NCBI GenBank assembly: GCA_030537935.1
Contig: JAUNUY010000005.1
Location: 8,347-72,346, forward strand
Source: Eubacteriales bacterium
GTDB lineage: Bacteria; Bacillota; Clostridia; Lachnospirales; Lachnospiraceae
Direction: 5' to 3'
Length of the DNA: 64,000 nt
How positions within the stretch are numbered: position 1 is the first letter of the stretch; every line of letters begins with the position of its first letter. Below are positions 26,982-36,349 of this stretch, one piece after another. The notes under the pieces were generated by a model. It had not been told where the DNA came from. It was given only the letters and a program-made list of their open reading frames with translations, and did no database searches. The translations under genes and the position numbers were made by a program.

Positions 26982-27981
26982 GTTTCCGGTCCCCCCTCTT
27001 TAACAGAATGATGAACATCGGACCGCCAATGACGGACATCAGAATGATGGGCGGGATTTCCGCCGGCTGTACGACCGTCCGGCCAATGGTATCAAACAAC
27101 AGGAAGATAAAGGCACCCAACAGGCCGCTGTACGGTACCAGCCAACGATGGTCGTGGCCGACAAGCGTCCGGGCGATGTGCGGTACAATCAAGGCTAAGA
27201 AGCTGACTACGCCCACCACGGCGGTGGAGATGGAAGCCAGCATGACGGCGATGACGGATATGATGAATCGCATCCGGTCCGTATTGATACCCAGTCCCTT
27301 GGCCGTTTTTTCTTCCAAAACCAACAGGTTGCAAATGCGCGTCATCAAGATGGCGGCAATCACACAAACCGGGATGTAGTACAGGAGAATCTGTACATCC
27401 GCCCAAGTCTTGAAGTTCAAGCTGCCTTGCGGCATCTGCGGACCGAGTGCCCGTCCCGTGAAATAGCCGAGTCCTTCCGTCAGGCCCATAAACATGGCGC
27501 TGATGGCGACACCGACCAGGATGATGCGCGTCGGGGAGATACCCTGTCGCCAGGAGAGGGTATAGACCAGACCGAAGGCGAGCATACCGCCCAGAAATGA
27601 GAAGAGCGGTGCAATCATGAACAGGCCCGGAAAGAAGCCCATGACGGCCACCTCTATGAATTTGGCACCGCCCGAAATGCCGATGATACCCGGGTCGGCC
27701 AGCGGATTCCGTAAAACGGACTGTAGCAGGACACCGGAGATGGCCAGCGCACAACCGACCAACATGGATATCATGATACGCGGTAGGCGGGTATCCCAGA
27801 TGATGTCTACGAGGTCATTCCCTTCAATAAACAATCCCCGCATCAACTCACCGAAGCTGACCTGTAACATGCCGCTGACGCTCGAGTAGTAGAACAGCGC
27901 AATCAGCAGTGCCGCAGTAATTAAAATGACAATGGTTTTAGCGGTTGCACTGCGCTTTCGTTGTGCTTTTATTCGGGCCAT
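26974..27981 (-). CDS. FecCD-family iron-complex/heme ABC permease
   Basis: 335 aa, polytopic. RLPRIMISMLVGCALAISGVLLQSVLRNPLADPGIIGISGGA is the FecCD signature region. Confidence 0.9.
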   Translation of the reverse strand: MARIKAQRKRSATAKTIVILITAALLIALFYYSSVSGMLQVSFGELMRGLFIEGNDLVDIIWDTRLPRIMISMLVGCALAISGVLLQSVLRNPLADPGIIGISGGAKFIEVAVMGFFPGLFMIAPLFSFLGGMLAFGLVYTLSWRQGISPTRIILVGVAISAMFMGLTEGLGYFTGRALGPQMPQGSLNFKTWADVQILLYYIPVCVIAAILMTRICNLLVLEEKTAKGLGINTDRMRFIISVIAVMLASISTAVVGVVSFLALIVPHIARTLVGHDHRWLVPYSGLLGAFIFLLFDTIGRTVVQPAEIPPIILMSVIGGPMFIILLKRGDRKRA

Positions 27982-28970
27982 TATTCGCCTCCGTATAGAA
28001 TCTTTTCAAGATGATCCAGCCCCTTGACATAGTCCACGTTGGCACTCATGCCGAAATAGTCGTGCGGCAAGTCGTAGAGTTTGCCTTCTTTGATGGCACG
28101 GAAATGTTTCCAGATACCGTTTTCCTTAAACTCTTTTTCAAACATTTTGTCAATGGTTTCCGGCATGGCATGTGCGGCTCGCATGATAATGTCGGGGTCT
28201 TTTTCCAGCATGGCCTCCGGACTCAGGTTCAGAAATTCCTCGCCGTTTTTGCTGCTTCCGGCAAAGACGTTCTCACCGCCCGCCAGTTCGAGCAGGTTGC
28301 CGATATAGGAATTCGGCGTGGCGACGACATAGGAGCCGGGCAGTCCCATGATGAGTAATACCTTGGGGTGGTAATCGTTTTTATGACGTTCCCGTAAGGC
28401 ATTGATATAATCATCTTTTTTATCGAGCATAGACTTGGCGATGTCCGCCCGGTCATTTTCCTTGCCGATGTGCTCGATGGTTTCATAGAACCCGTCGATG
28501 CTGCTCAGATTGATGAATTCATAGGGGAGTTTCACCTTTTTGAAATTCGGTTCCAGCCATTCACTCAGACTGGACGGCGTATAGACCTTGGTCGGTTTCA
28601 AGGACATCATGATTTCCACGTTCGGATTCATGGGCATGCCGATTTGCGGAATCTCTTTATAGCGATCAGGCAAACGACCCAAGTTGGTAATGGGAGCGCC
28701 GACCAAGTCCAAGTCCAGTTTATCCGTGATTTCACAGCCCGCCACGGAAGTGGCGATGAGCCGGTTGTTACCCGTATTCAATTTTTCCGGTTCTTTTCGG
28801 TTCGTATTATCGATTTCCGGATTCATGATATCCGCAAAATCATCCATGCTGGCCTGCGTCGGTTTGACTTCAGCCGGCCCCTCATTGCTGCCGCCGGCAC
28901 CCCGACTGCCGCAGCCGACAAGGGTCGTCACGGTCAGCGCAAGTGCCAGAAAAAAAGTTTTTTTCTTCAT
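27981..28970 (-). CDS. Substrate-binding lipoprotein of the ABC importer (class III, heme/siderophore type)
   Basis: Lipobox LVGCGS. The layout resembles Peripla_BP_2 proteins, and it is translationally coupled to the permease. Confidence 0.8.
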   Translation of the reverse strand: MKKKTFFLALALTVTTLVGCGSRGAGGSNEGPAEVKPTQASMDDFADIMNPEIDNTNRKEPEKLNTGNNRLIATSVAGCEITDKLDLDLVGAPITNLGRLPDRYKEIPQIGMPMNPNVEIMMSLKPTKVYTPSSLSEWLEPNFKKVKLPYEFINLSSIDGFYETIEHIGKENDRADIAKSMLDKKDDYINALRERHKNDYHPKVLLIMGLPGSYVVATPNSYIGNLLELAGGENVFAGSSKNGEEFLNLSPEAMLEKDPDIIMRAAHAMPETIDKMFEKEFKENGIWKHFRAIKEGKLYDLPHDYFGMSANVDYVKGLDHLEKILYGGE

Positions 28971-29028
28971 GCTTCCTCCTTACAGGGAATGAAAAGGAGA
29001 CACCGTCGGCGTCTCCTTTTCGGTTATC

Positions 29029-31368
29029 CTAGATTTCTTTCCGATTCTTTCGCGTTGCCGCCAAAGTCAGTCCGACCAGAGCCATGAGGGCGAATGCCGT
29101 CGCAGCCGATTCTTGTGCACCGGTGCGGGCCATGCGACCCTTGCCGGCGCCGCGTCTGGGCGGCTGACCGCCGCGTCCGGGTTCGATGCCGCCGGAAGTG
29201 GCAACCTTCGCCACGAGCGTATACAGACTGAAGTGGTCCGTTTCAAAGGAAACGATGCCGTTTTCGGCCTTGACGTCCAGCTTCGTAACACTGCCGTCTG
29301 CTTCATGACGGTACACGGCATAAACTTTATCCGCAAAATTGACGTCATCCGGTTGGATGGCGACGCGGACCGTGCCGTTCGGCTGAACCGCCTTGCCGTC
29401 CATATCCACCATATTGATGTCGTACTGTTTCATTTCAACTTTTTCATTTCCGATGGCCGCCTTTAAAGCGTCCACGTCCGCCACATCTTTATCCTCAACG
29501 GGGGCATAGACAACCTTTTGCGCGTTATTCAGCGTTGCGGCATCTGCTGCACCGATGGCAGCTTTAAAGTCGTCCGAGCTGATGATATTGCTGCGGTCCA
29601 GACCCTGCTTTACCAACCAGTCAATCGGGGACAAGAGGGCTTCCGCCTTTGATAAGTCGAAAATGACGCGTGCTTTCTGTTTGCCGGAACCCTGGGTGAT
29701 TTGGTCATAAGAGGTTGCACCGCCGGATTTGATGGCATCCATAGCGTCAACGCATACCTCGATACCGATGGTAAATTCACTGTCCTTGCCCAATTTGCTG
29801 CGATCGAAGTTCGGCGCAACCAGCTTGAACCGGTACGGGAATTCCATCCGATGGTCTTTTACGAGGGAGTTGTCCTCACGCATTTCCAAGACTTCCACAC
29901 GGTTATTCGTATCCACATAGTACATGTCCCAAACGTGACCGTACATGCCCATGAAAGCCATACCTTCGATAGTGATGATGAAGTTTGCATTACCGTCACC
30001 GTCAATTTCCAGAATAGCGGTTTTCACGACGGCCGGATTGCCCATGGACGCTTTATCCTCGTGATAGTTCCATAGACGAACGGGCACCTTATAACGGAAG
30101 GCTTGCGTATTGACCTCAACCGGCTTTTTCGCTAAAGCATTTTTTGCACCATTTAATGTGTTTGCCGCAGCGTTTACGGCAGCTTGCGTCGCATTATCGT
30201 CAGCAAGCAGGGTTTCCGCCGAGTTCAATGCTTCGTTGAATGCTTTTACGGTTTCATCGGTATACAGGTGTAAACCGGATACAGCCTTTGCATCTTTGAC
30301 GGCCTGTTGTAAAGCGGTCTTGTCAATAACCGGTGCTTTGGCAACCAATTCGTTGCGTGCCGCCTGTAAGTTTTCGATAGCCGTATTGATGGTTGCAATC
30401 TCGGTTGCCGCAGTGGTATCAACCAGCGGTTTTGCCGCTTGCAGGGCATCGGTCAGCTTGGCAAAGCTCTCTGCCGTATAATCGTCAGCCGTGAGTGCTT
30501 CGCAGGAGGCGATTTCCGACTGTAAACGGTCGATGGCGAGTTGCAAGTCGTTCGCCAACTTTGCATCAACCTCTCGCTTCAATGCCACCAAGTCAAATTG
30601 CAGGCGTGCCTTTTGTTCACCGGCACCCTTGTGTTTGATAAGTTCGTTATAGTCGCTGCCGGCCTGCGGCGCGTTGATGGAGTCCATCGCATCAACGTTT
30701 ACGACGATGGGGATGGAATAATCAAAGGCTTCCTTACCATATTTGTCCATGTCGACATTTGCCATCGGGAAACGGAATGTGTGCGGGAAGTTCATCACGT
30801 AGACGCCTTCCGCCTCCGAACGATTTGGATAATCCGCAGGTAATTTTTCGATGTCTTCCGCGGATAAAGCCCGTTTGTCCAAACTTTTATCCAAGCGATT
30901 ATTCAGGACCGGTACGGGCGTCCGATCCGTCTTGTTATCCAGAGCGGCAACATCGTCCGGTGCCGACGGATTATAGTACATCCCCCATACGTGACCATAC
31001 ATCCCCAAAAACTTCAGGCCGACCAGTTTGATTTCGAATACACCGTTGCCGTTCAAATCCAAGCTGACCTCGGCTTCCGGAAGAAGCGCACCGTTGCCCA
31101 TGGAAGCGTTCGGTTCATAAGCCTTCCACAGACGAACCGGAACGGTCGTCTTGTATATGGTGTGATGCTCCGGAACATTTGCATCGCCGGTCGCTGTAAT
31201 CGTGTTATCCAAATTGTCCAGTGTCGGCAGGTAGCTGCCCTCCTGGAGTGTCAGCGTTCGCGGGGTATAATTTGCCGCGGACACGATGGGACCGGTAAGA
31301 ACGGGGACGGCCGTTAATAATAAGGCCAGTAACCCCGCCGTAATTCTTTTGAATGAGAAATTCTTCAT
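29029..31368 (-). CDS. Large surface protein with two NEAT-like modules, FIVAR-like helical repeats and a C-terminal anchor
   Basis: Start at ATG 31368 (GGAGAGG RBS), signal peptide MKNFSFKRITAGLLALLLTAVPVLTGPIVSA. Two modules begin VPVRLW(K/N)..E..ASMGN and end KAR(L/V).FDL. Between them lie YT.ES...L..AL-type repeats. The C-terminus is RMARTGAQES plus a hydrophobic stretch plus RKNRKEI. Confidence 0.6.
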   Translation of the reverse strand: MKNFSFKRITAGLLALLLTAVPVLTGPIVSAANYTPRTLTLQEGSYLPTLDNLDNTITATGDANVPEHHTIYKTTVPVRLWKAYEPNASMGNGALLPEAEVSLDLNGNGVFEIKLVGLKFLGMYGHVWGMYYNPSAPDDVAALDNKTDRTPVPVLNNRLDKSLDKRALSAEDIEKLPADYPNRSEAEGVYVMNFPHTFRFPMANVDMDKYGKEAFDYSIPIVVNVDAMDSINAPQAGSDYNELIKHKGAGEQKARLQFDLVALKREVDAKLANDLQLAIDRLQSEIASCEALTADDYTAESFAKLTDALQAAKPLVDTTAATEIATINTAIENLQAARNELVAKAPVIDKTALQQAVKDAKAVSGLHLYTDETVKAFNEALNSAETLLADDNATQAAVNAAANTLNGAKNALAKKPVEVNTQAFRYKVPVRLWNYHEDKASMGNPAVVKTAILEIDGDGNANFIITIEGMAFMGMYGHVWDMYYVDTNNRVEVLEMREDNSLVKDHRMEFPYRFKLVAPNFDRSKLGKDSEFTIGIEVCVDAMDAIKSGGATSYDQITQGSGKQKARVIFDLSKAEALLSPIDWLVKQGLDRSNIISSDDFKAAIGAADAATLNNAQKVVYAPVEDKDVADVDALKAAIGNEKVEMKQYDINMVDMDGKAVQPNGTVRVAIQPDDVNFADKVYAVYRHEADGSVTKLDVKAENGIVSFETDHFSLYTLVAKVATSGGIEPGRGGQPPRRGAGKGRMARTGAQESAATAFALMALVGLTLAATRKNRKEI

Positions 31369-31403
31369 TCCCTCTCCTCTCCTTGAAAAATAAAGTTTCA
31401 TAA

Positions 31404-31419
31404 AGTGTTACTTAACACT
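31404..31419. promoter_or_regulatory. Perfect 7-2-7 palindrome, candidate operator
   Basis: AGTGTTA-CT-TAACACT, 36 bp upstream of the start of 29029..31368. Confidence 0.3.
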
Positions 31420-31475
31420 AACATTATAGGTGTATAGCCCGAAAAAGTCAATTGTATAATATTATGCTTTTTTGC

Positions 31476-31505
31476 TTGACAAAACACATGATGTTAACAT
31501 ATAGT
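31476..31505 (+). promoter_or_regulatory. Candidate sigma-70-type promoter with an embedded palindrome
   Basis: TTGACA (31476-81), 18-nt spacer, TATAGT (31500-05). The palindrome ATGTTAACAT (31491-31500) fills the end of the spacer. Confidence 0.45.
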
Positions 31506-31561
31506 AACCATGAGCATTATATTCGGCTCTCGAACTATTATTTATTTTATGGAGGTACAGT

Positions 31562-33286
31562 GTGAAGAAACGAATATGCAGTTTTCTATTACTCATGACC
31601 CTTGTGTTGACCATGGTATTCGGTCATACGGGTTTGAGCAAGGTGGCGGTAGACGAGGTAAAGGCGGCAACGAGGGAGTTGGAAGTTCCCGTTGAGATGT
31701 GGAAGGCCTACGAGGAGCAGTATTCCATGGCCAATGATGCCGTCGTTCATACGGCACGTGTATTGGAGCAGGACGGTTGGGCCTATGTAACGGTGACCTT
31801 TCAATCCCTGGACTTGATGGGTCAACACGGTAACCTGACAAACGTTTTTTCCTATCCCCCGGGTACAACGGCGGCAGATGTACAGAGCGGCTCCGCACAA
31901 TTTTTTGAAGCAGAGTACAACACCTTTGAATCCGATTTGGACATCGACATGGAAACACGAGAGTTTCCGCGTGACGTCACCTTTATACGGGAGACGACCG
32001 GTGAAAATGAGTTTTTCATTCGCGTTTGGGTCAATGCAATGGACGGTTTAAAGGACGGTACGCCGGGCAGCGGTGCACAGAACGCGCGAATCCGCTTGGA
32101 CTATGCAAATGCGAAAGTCATCAGCGAGAATGCCGATGCCGCACCCGTGGAAAAGAAGGAGAAACCGAAGGCGGACGAGAAGAAGTCGGAAGAAAAAGCA
32201 CCCGAAAACAAGGATGCGAAGGAAATGCCGGCGGATCTCAAGGACGGTCGCTACAAGATTAAAATCGACCTGTGGCATGCACAGGAGGATCGGGAATCCA
32301 TGGGCAATAAGTCCATGAACCATGAGGCGATTATCGAACGCAAAGACGGCAAGAATACCCTGTTCATGTCCGTCCATCCGATGGGGGTATCTGACATTGT
32401 GGCATCCGTGGAAACCATCGAGTATAAGGATGAAAACGGCAAGATGCAATATGCCGAAGTCATCGAACGGCGAATAGCAGGCGACAAGCCGTCGGCCTTT
32501 AAGATGCCGTTACTGACTACCGGCGAGTATACCGACGTCATGGTGAACCCGAAAGTCATGGTGATGGGAAACAAACCCGTACCGGCACGGATCCGTCTGT
32601 ACTGGGATACCTTGCGTGAAATCGGTCCGGATGAGAAGCTGGATGACAATATTGAAATCGCCTACAATACGGCACCGACACCGGAAGCCGATATGAAGGA
32701 CGAAGCGACAGGCGTTCGCGTCCATGCACCGGAACGTACGGTGCCGGAGGGTGCGAGCATCAAGGTGGAAGAGGTTACTTCCGGTGAGATGTTTGATAAG
32801 GTGAAGGCGACTTACGAGAATGACAAAATCAAACTCTATGACATTAAAATCCTGAACAAGAGCGGCGATGCCATTCAACCCTTGGGCCCGGTGGACGTCT
32901 ATCTGCCGATTCCGGATGGTTGGAATAAGGAAAAAGTCGTGATGTCTCATCATGATGACAAGGACGGTACGAGAGCGCGGTTGAGCGGTGAAGTGGACGG
33001 CGACAGCATGAAGGTGCCCGTGAACCACTTCAGCCTGTATGCATTGAATGAAGAGGGCGGCGGTGCTTTCCCCATCGGTTGGATTATCGGTATCATCGCG
33101 CTGTTGACAATCATCATCTGCGTTATCATTGTCAAGGTTGTCGGGAAGAAAAAACCGGCAAAGGCAACGGACAAGACGGTAGCAGGAAAGCAATCGGACG
33201 ATACGAAGGAAGATGTGGAGAAAAAAGTATCGGAAGATGATGAAGCATCGAAGGAAAAGAAGGAGGAGACGAATGCTGAAAAATAA
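31562..33286 (+). CDS. Secreted, C-terminally TM-anchored protein with two NEAT-like modules
   Basis: GTG start 6 nt after GGAGG, with a signal peptide. Modules are VPVEMWKAYEEQYSMAND...ARIRLDY and IKIDLWHAQEDRESMGNK...ARIRLYWD, separated by a K/E-rich linker. The C-terminus is a TM (IGWIIGIIALLTIIICVIIV) plus a charged tail. Confidence 0.6.
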   Translation: MKKRICSFLLLMTLVLTMVFGHTGLSKVAVDEVKAATRELEVPVEMWKAYEEQYSMANDAVVHTARVLEQDGWAYVTVTFQSLDLMGQHGNLTNVFSYPPGTTAADVQSGSAQFFEAEYNTFESDLDIDMETREFPRDVTFIRETTGENEFFIRVWVNAMDGLKDGTPGSGAQNARIRLDYANAKVISENADAAPVEKKEKPKADEKKSEEKAPENKDAKEMPADLKDGRYKIKIDLWHAQEDRESMGNKSMNHEAIIERKDGKNTLFMSVHPMGVSDIVASVETIEYKDENGKMQYAEVIERRIAGDKPSAFKMPLLTTGEYTDVMVNPKVMVMGNKPVPARIRLYWDTLREIGPDEKLDDNIEIAYNTAPTPEADMKDEATGVRVHAPERTVPEGASIKVEEVTSGEMFDKVKATYENDKIKLYDIKILNKSGDAIQPLGPVDVYLPIPDGWNKEKVVMSHHDDKDGTRARLSGEVDGDSMKVPVNHFSLYALNEEGGGAFPIGWIIGIIALLTIIICVIIVKVVGKKKPAKATDKTVAGKQSDDTKEDVEKKVSEDDEASKEKKEETNAEK

Positions 33287-34067
33287 AGTCATGGGCATCG
33301 CCCTTTCTCTGGGGTTGCTGTTTACGGCGGCCTTGCCGGCTATGGTTTCGGCAGAAGATATCATACAGCATACGGTGGATACGGATAAGGACTTTTCCGA
33401 CATGAAACCGGGCGCCTATCTGTCAAAAATCAGCGGCAGCTATTTGAATCCGGAAACGGGTTTGACCGAGGACGGCGGTACGAAGAATGCGTCGATCGGT
33501 GAAGGCATGGTGGACGGCGTGGTGACGCCTTCCGATGCAAGCGGCGGTCTTGACAGCGTTTTCGGGAAGCCGAAACCGGGTGAGGAGCATTACAGTGAGT
33601 GTTTGTTGGAAAAGATGGAGGACGGGAAGTACTATGCAACGCTTCGTCTTTATCTGATGAATTACATTAAGTTCGATGAGCAGAATGGCCCGTTTATCGA
33701 AGTACGTCAGCCGAACGGTGAATACAAACGGGTGGAGTATAAAATTACGAAGAGTGAGTCCGGCGGTGAGAACGGGGTCAACTTTAACGACTTCCGCTTC
33801 GAGGTACCGAATGCAAATACCTATGTGAAGGTGAGTATGTTCGTCGTACCGATGTCCAGACCGGTAACCTATTTCGTCGTAATCGATTCCGAAGAGACGC
33901 AACCGGGACCGGGTGAGTTTGTCGCATCACCGACCTATGGCGGTAAAGCGGGCGGTCTGTCGACGGGCGCTATTGCCGGCATCGCCGGCGGTGCGGCGGT
34001 TGTTATCATAATCGTCGTTGCACTCGTGGTGAAACGGAAGAAGTCTTCCGACACGGAAGAAGCATAA
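33273..34067 (+). CDS. Shp-like cell-surface heme-binding protein
   Basis: Start at ATG 33273 (AGGAGGAG RBS), signal peptide ..ALPAMVSA. NPETGLTEDGGTKNASIGEGMVDGVV and VSMFVVPMSRPVTYFVV resemble, as I recall them, the two Met-ligand segments of streptococcal Shp. C-terminal TM plus KRKK tail. Confidence 0.7.
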   Translation: MLKNKVMGIALSLGLLFTAALPAMVSAEDIIQHTVDTDKDFSDMKPGAYLSKISGSYLNPETGLTEDGGTKNASIGEGMVDGVVTPSDASGGLDSVFGKPKPGEEHYSECLLEKMEDGKYYATLRLYLMNYIKFDEQNGPFIEVRQPNGEYKRVEYKITKSESGGENGVNFNDFRFEVPNANTYVKVSMFVVPMSRPVTYFVVIDSEETQPGPGEFVASPTYGGKAGGLSTGAIAGIAGGAAVVIIIVVALVVKRKKSSDTEEA

Positions 34068-34087
34068 TACATCATACGTGGTGAGAA

Positions 34088-34126
34088 AGAGAGGAGCATG
34101 CCGATGGCGGCTGCTCTCTTTTTTTG
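34088..34126 (+). terminator. Rho-independent terminator
   Basis: AGAGAGGAGC-loop-GCTGCTCTCT followed by a T-run. Confidence 0.6.
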
Positions 34127-34202
34127 CGCAACAAGGTGCAAAATGTTCTTGACAAGTGCAGCTTGAATGCACTATAATAAAAGCCGGGAAAGGACGGACG
34201 AG

Positions 34203-35441
34203 ATGGAACGAAGTATCTTACACTGTGACATGAATAATTGTTACGCATCGATAGAGTGCCTCTTGAACCCGGCATTGCGCGGGAAACCGATGGCGGTGGG
34301 GGGATCTTCGGAGGATCGGCACGGAATCGTATTGGCGAAGTCGGAGGAGGCGAAGTATTGCGGCGTGAAAACGGGGGAGCCTCTGTGGCGGGCGCGCCAA
34401 AAATGTCGGGATTTGATTGTCGTACCGCCACATCATGAAATCTACATAAAGTACGGCCGGATGGCAAAAGACCTGTACTATGAGTACAGTGAGGCGGTGG
34501 AAGGCTTTGGGACGGATGAGGCATGGGTAGATTGTACGGGCAGCGCTTCCCTGTTCGGCAGCGGAGAGATGATCGCGGAAGACATTCGGCGGCGGATGAA
34601 ACGGGAAATCGGTTTGACCGTTTCCATCGGCGTCAGCTTCAATAAAATCTTTGCCAAGTTGGGTTCGGACATGAAGAAGCCGGATGCGGTAACCGTGATT
34701 CGTCGTGCGGATATGCGAACCAAGATTTGGCCGCGGGATGTGTCGGAACTTTTGGGCGTGGGGCGTGCGACGGAACGGAAATTACGAACATACGGCATTC
34801 ATACCATCGGTGATTTGGCGCACGCAAAGGAAGCCTTTTTGGAACGTCTGTTGGGCGTAAACGGCGTCAAACTCCGTCGTTATGCCAACGGGCTGGATGC
34901 GGAGCGGGTGGCGGAACGCCTGTATGAGCGGCCGATGCAATCGGTCGGGCGGGGCAGCACGTTTCGGCGGGATTTGTCCGCACCGGACGAAATTCGCCGG
35001 GGTCTGTCGGTGTTGTCGGAGAAGACGGCGGAGGCACTGCGAAGGGCCAATCTGAAGGCGGGCGGTATCTCGCTGTACATCCGTCGTGCGGATTTGAGCG
35101 GTATCCAATTTCAGAAGGGCCTGCCTCTGCCGACGAGCAGCGGTGCCGTGTTGGAGCGGGCGAGTGCGGCATTGTTTTTCGACCGCTATGACGGACGGCA
35201 GGCCGTGCGAGCGCTGACGGTACGTGCCGTTGATTTACGTCCGGCGGATGCGCCGGTCCAACTAAATTTTTTCAGCGATTTCGAGCGGTATCGTAAAGAG
35301 GAACGGCTGGCGGCGGCCATCGGGGAAATCGGGGCACACTACGGCGGTGGTTATGTCAAGAAAGCATCCCAACTCATGGATACGCATTTGCCGGCGGATA
35401 TGCCGGAGGGGATGCACCCGCCCGGCCGGATGATGGAATAG
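34203..35441 (+). CDS. dinB: Y-family DNA polymerase (Pol IV-like)
   Basis: Start at ATG 34203. ILHCDMNNCYASIECLLNPALRGKPMAVGG, SIDEAW-like TDEAWVD and the VSIGVSFNKIFAKLGSDMKKPD motif. Confidence 0.85.
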   Translation: MERSILHCDMNNCYASIECLLNPALRGKPMAVGGSSEDRHGIVLAKSEEAKYCGVKTGEPLWRARQKCRDLIVVPPHHEIYIKYGRMAKDLYYEYSEAVEGFGTDEAWVDCTGSASLFGSGEMIAEDIRRRMKREIGLTVSIGVSFNKIFAKLGSDMKKPDAVTVIRRADMRTKIWPRDVSELLGVGRATERKLRTYGIHTIGDLAHAKEAFLERLLGVNGVKLRRYANGLDAERVAERLYERPMQSVGRGSTFRRDLSAPDEIRRGLSVLSEKTAEALRRANLKAGGISLYIRRADLSGIQFQKGLPLPTSSGAVLERASAALFFDRYDGRQAVRALTVRAVDLRPADAPVQLNFFSDFERYRKEERLAAAIGEIGAHYGGGYVKKASQLMDTHLPADMPEGMHPPGRMME

Positions 35442-35487
35442 GACGGGTTTTGAATGTGTTATCGCATCAAGATTTCGGGCGACAAAA

Positions 35488-35515
35488 ACGGAGACATTGC
35501 GGACAATGTCTCCGT
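35488..35515. terminator. Bidirectional terminator between convergent genes
   Basis: ACGGAGACATTG-CGGA-CAATGTCTCCGT, a perfect 12-bp stem flanked by A-run and T-run. Confidence 0.7.
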
Positions 35516-35518
35516 TCT

Positions 35519-36349
35519 TTATACCGTATCCGTCGTTGTTTCCACCGGTGTTTCGGCGTCGAGTGCTTCGGCGCGTAAGTGCAGCAGGAGGTTGCGAATG
35601 GCCGTTGCCTTTTCCCGGGAAATTTCCGGCGGGATGCGCAGGCTCTTCGGATGTAATTTTTTGACATCCAACAGGTTTTTTATTTTTTTCAGTTTCGGGG
35701 AGGTCATGATATCCTTGATATTTTTACGGTGCGGCAGATTGATTTGCAAGGTGGACGCTTCTTGTGTTGCCAAATCCACGATGACGCTGACGCGACCGCC
35801 GTATTCCTCCCGGATATGGACATCTTCAATCTCCCGTGCGGGGTAGATGTAACTCCAGAAACCGACATGAAAGAGGTGGTGTACTTCATCGACCCGTAGA
35901 TTGTCGATGCGTTTCGTACATCGGAAGGTCCTCGTCATCTCCGCCTGTTCCCGGATAAAGGCGGAAACGGCCTCGCCGCGGTTGCATTGGGGATGTTCGG
36001 CCACGAAGGTTTCCATAATCTCTTTCGCCTGAACGATGCCGACCTTCGTCACCCGGTTGAGCATCTTTGAAGCGGCGCCGATTTCATAGTGGTTGGCGGC
36101 AAGAATCTTCGCGGGATTGACCATGATGCCGTTGACATCCATGACTTCTTCCGGCAGTCCGTTTTCGTCACTCGAAACGTCACCGTCGTCTTCTTCGGTG
36201 AGGTCGACCTCGACCCGAAGACTCTTATGCAAGCCTTCAAAGGCGGATTGATCCTCCAGATAATCTTCTACCGGAAAACCGCAGTGCGGGCATGCGTATG
36301 CGTGGTCGGAGACCTCCCGTTTGCATTCCGGACAATGTATTAAAGCCAT
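35519..36349 (-). CDS. Zinc-ribbon domain protein, unknown function
   Basis: Start at ATG 36349 (AAGGAG RBS). MALIHCPECKREVSDHAYACPHCGFPV, then ~250 aa with no motif I recognise. Confidence 0.55.
   Translation of the reverse strand: MALIHCPECKREVSDHAYACPHCGFPVEDYLEDQSAFEGLHKSLRVEVDLTEEDDGDVSSDENGLPEEVMDVNGIMVNPAKILAANHYEIGAASKMLNRVTKVGIVQAKEIMETFVAEHPQCNRGEAVSAFIREQAEMTRTFRCTKRIDNLRVDEVHHLFHVGFWSYIYPAREIEDVHIREEYGGRVSVIVDLATQEASTLQINLPHRKNIKDIMTSPKLKKIKNLLDVKKLHPKSLRIPPEISREKATAIRNLLLHLRAEALDAETPVETTTDTV

Noticed and set aside
32510-33403. 297-aa minus-strand ORF, and similar long antisense ORFs elsewhere (37880..38818, 39700..40494, 45246..46049, 50390..51079, 54384..55019, 56481..57044)
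   Set aside because: All lie opposite confidently assigned genes and have low-complexity, stop-free GC-rich antisense composition.
35519-36349. The segment NRVTKVGIVQAKEIMETF in the zinc-ribbon protein resembles the L7/L12 C-terminal helix, and the gene sits next to rplJL
   Set aside because: The resemblance is one short helix and the adjacency may be coincidental. This is not enough to claim a ribosome-related function.
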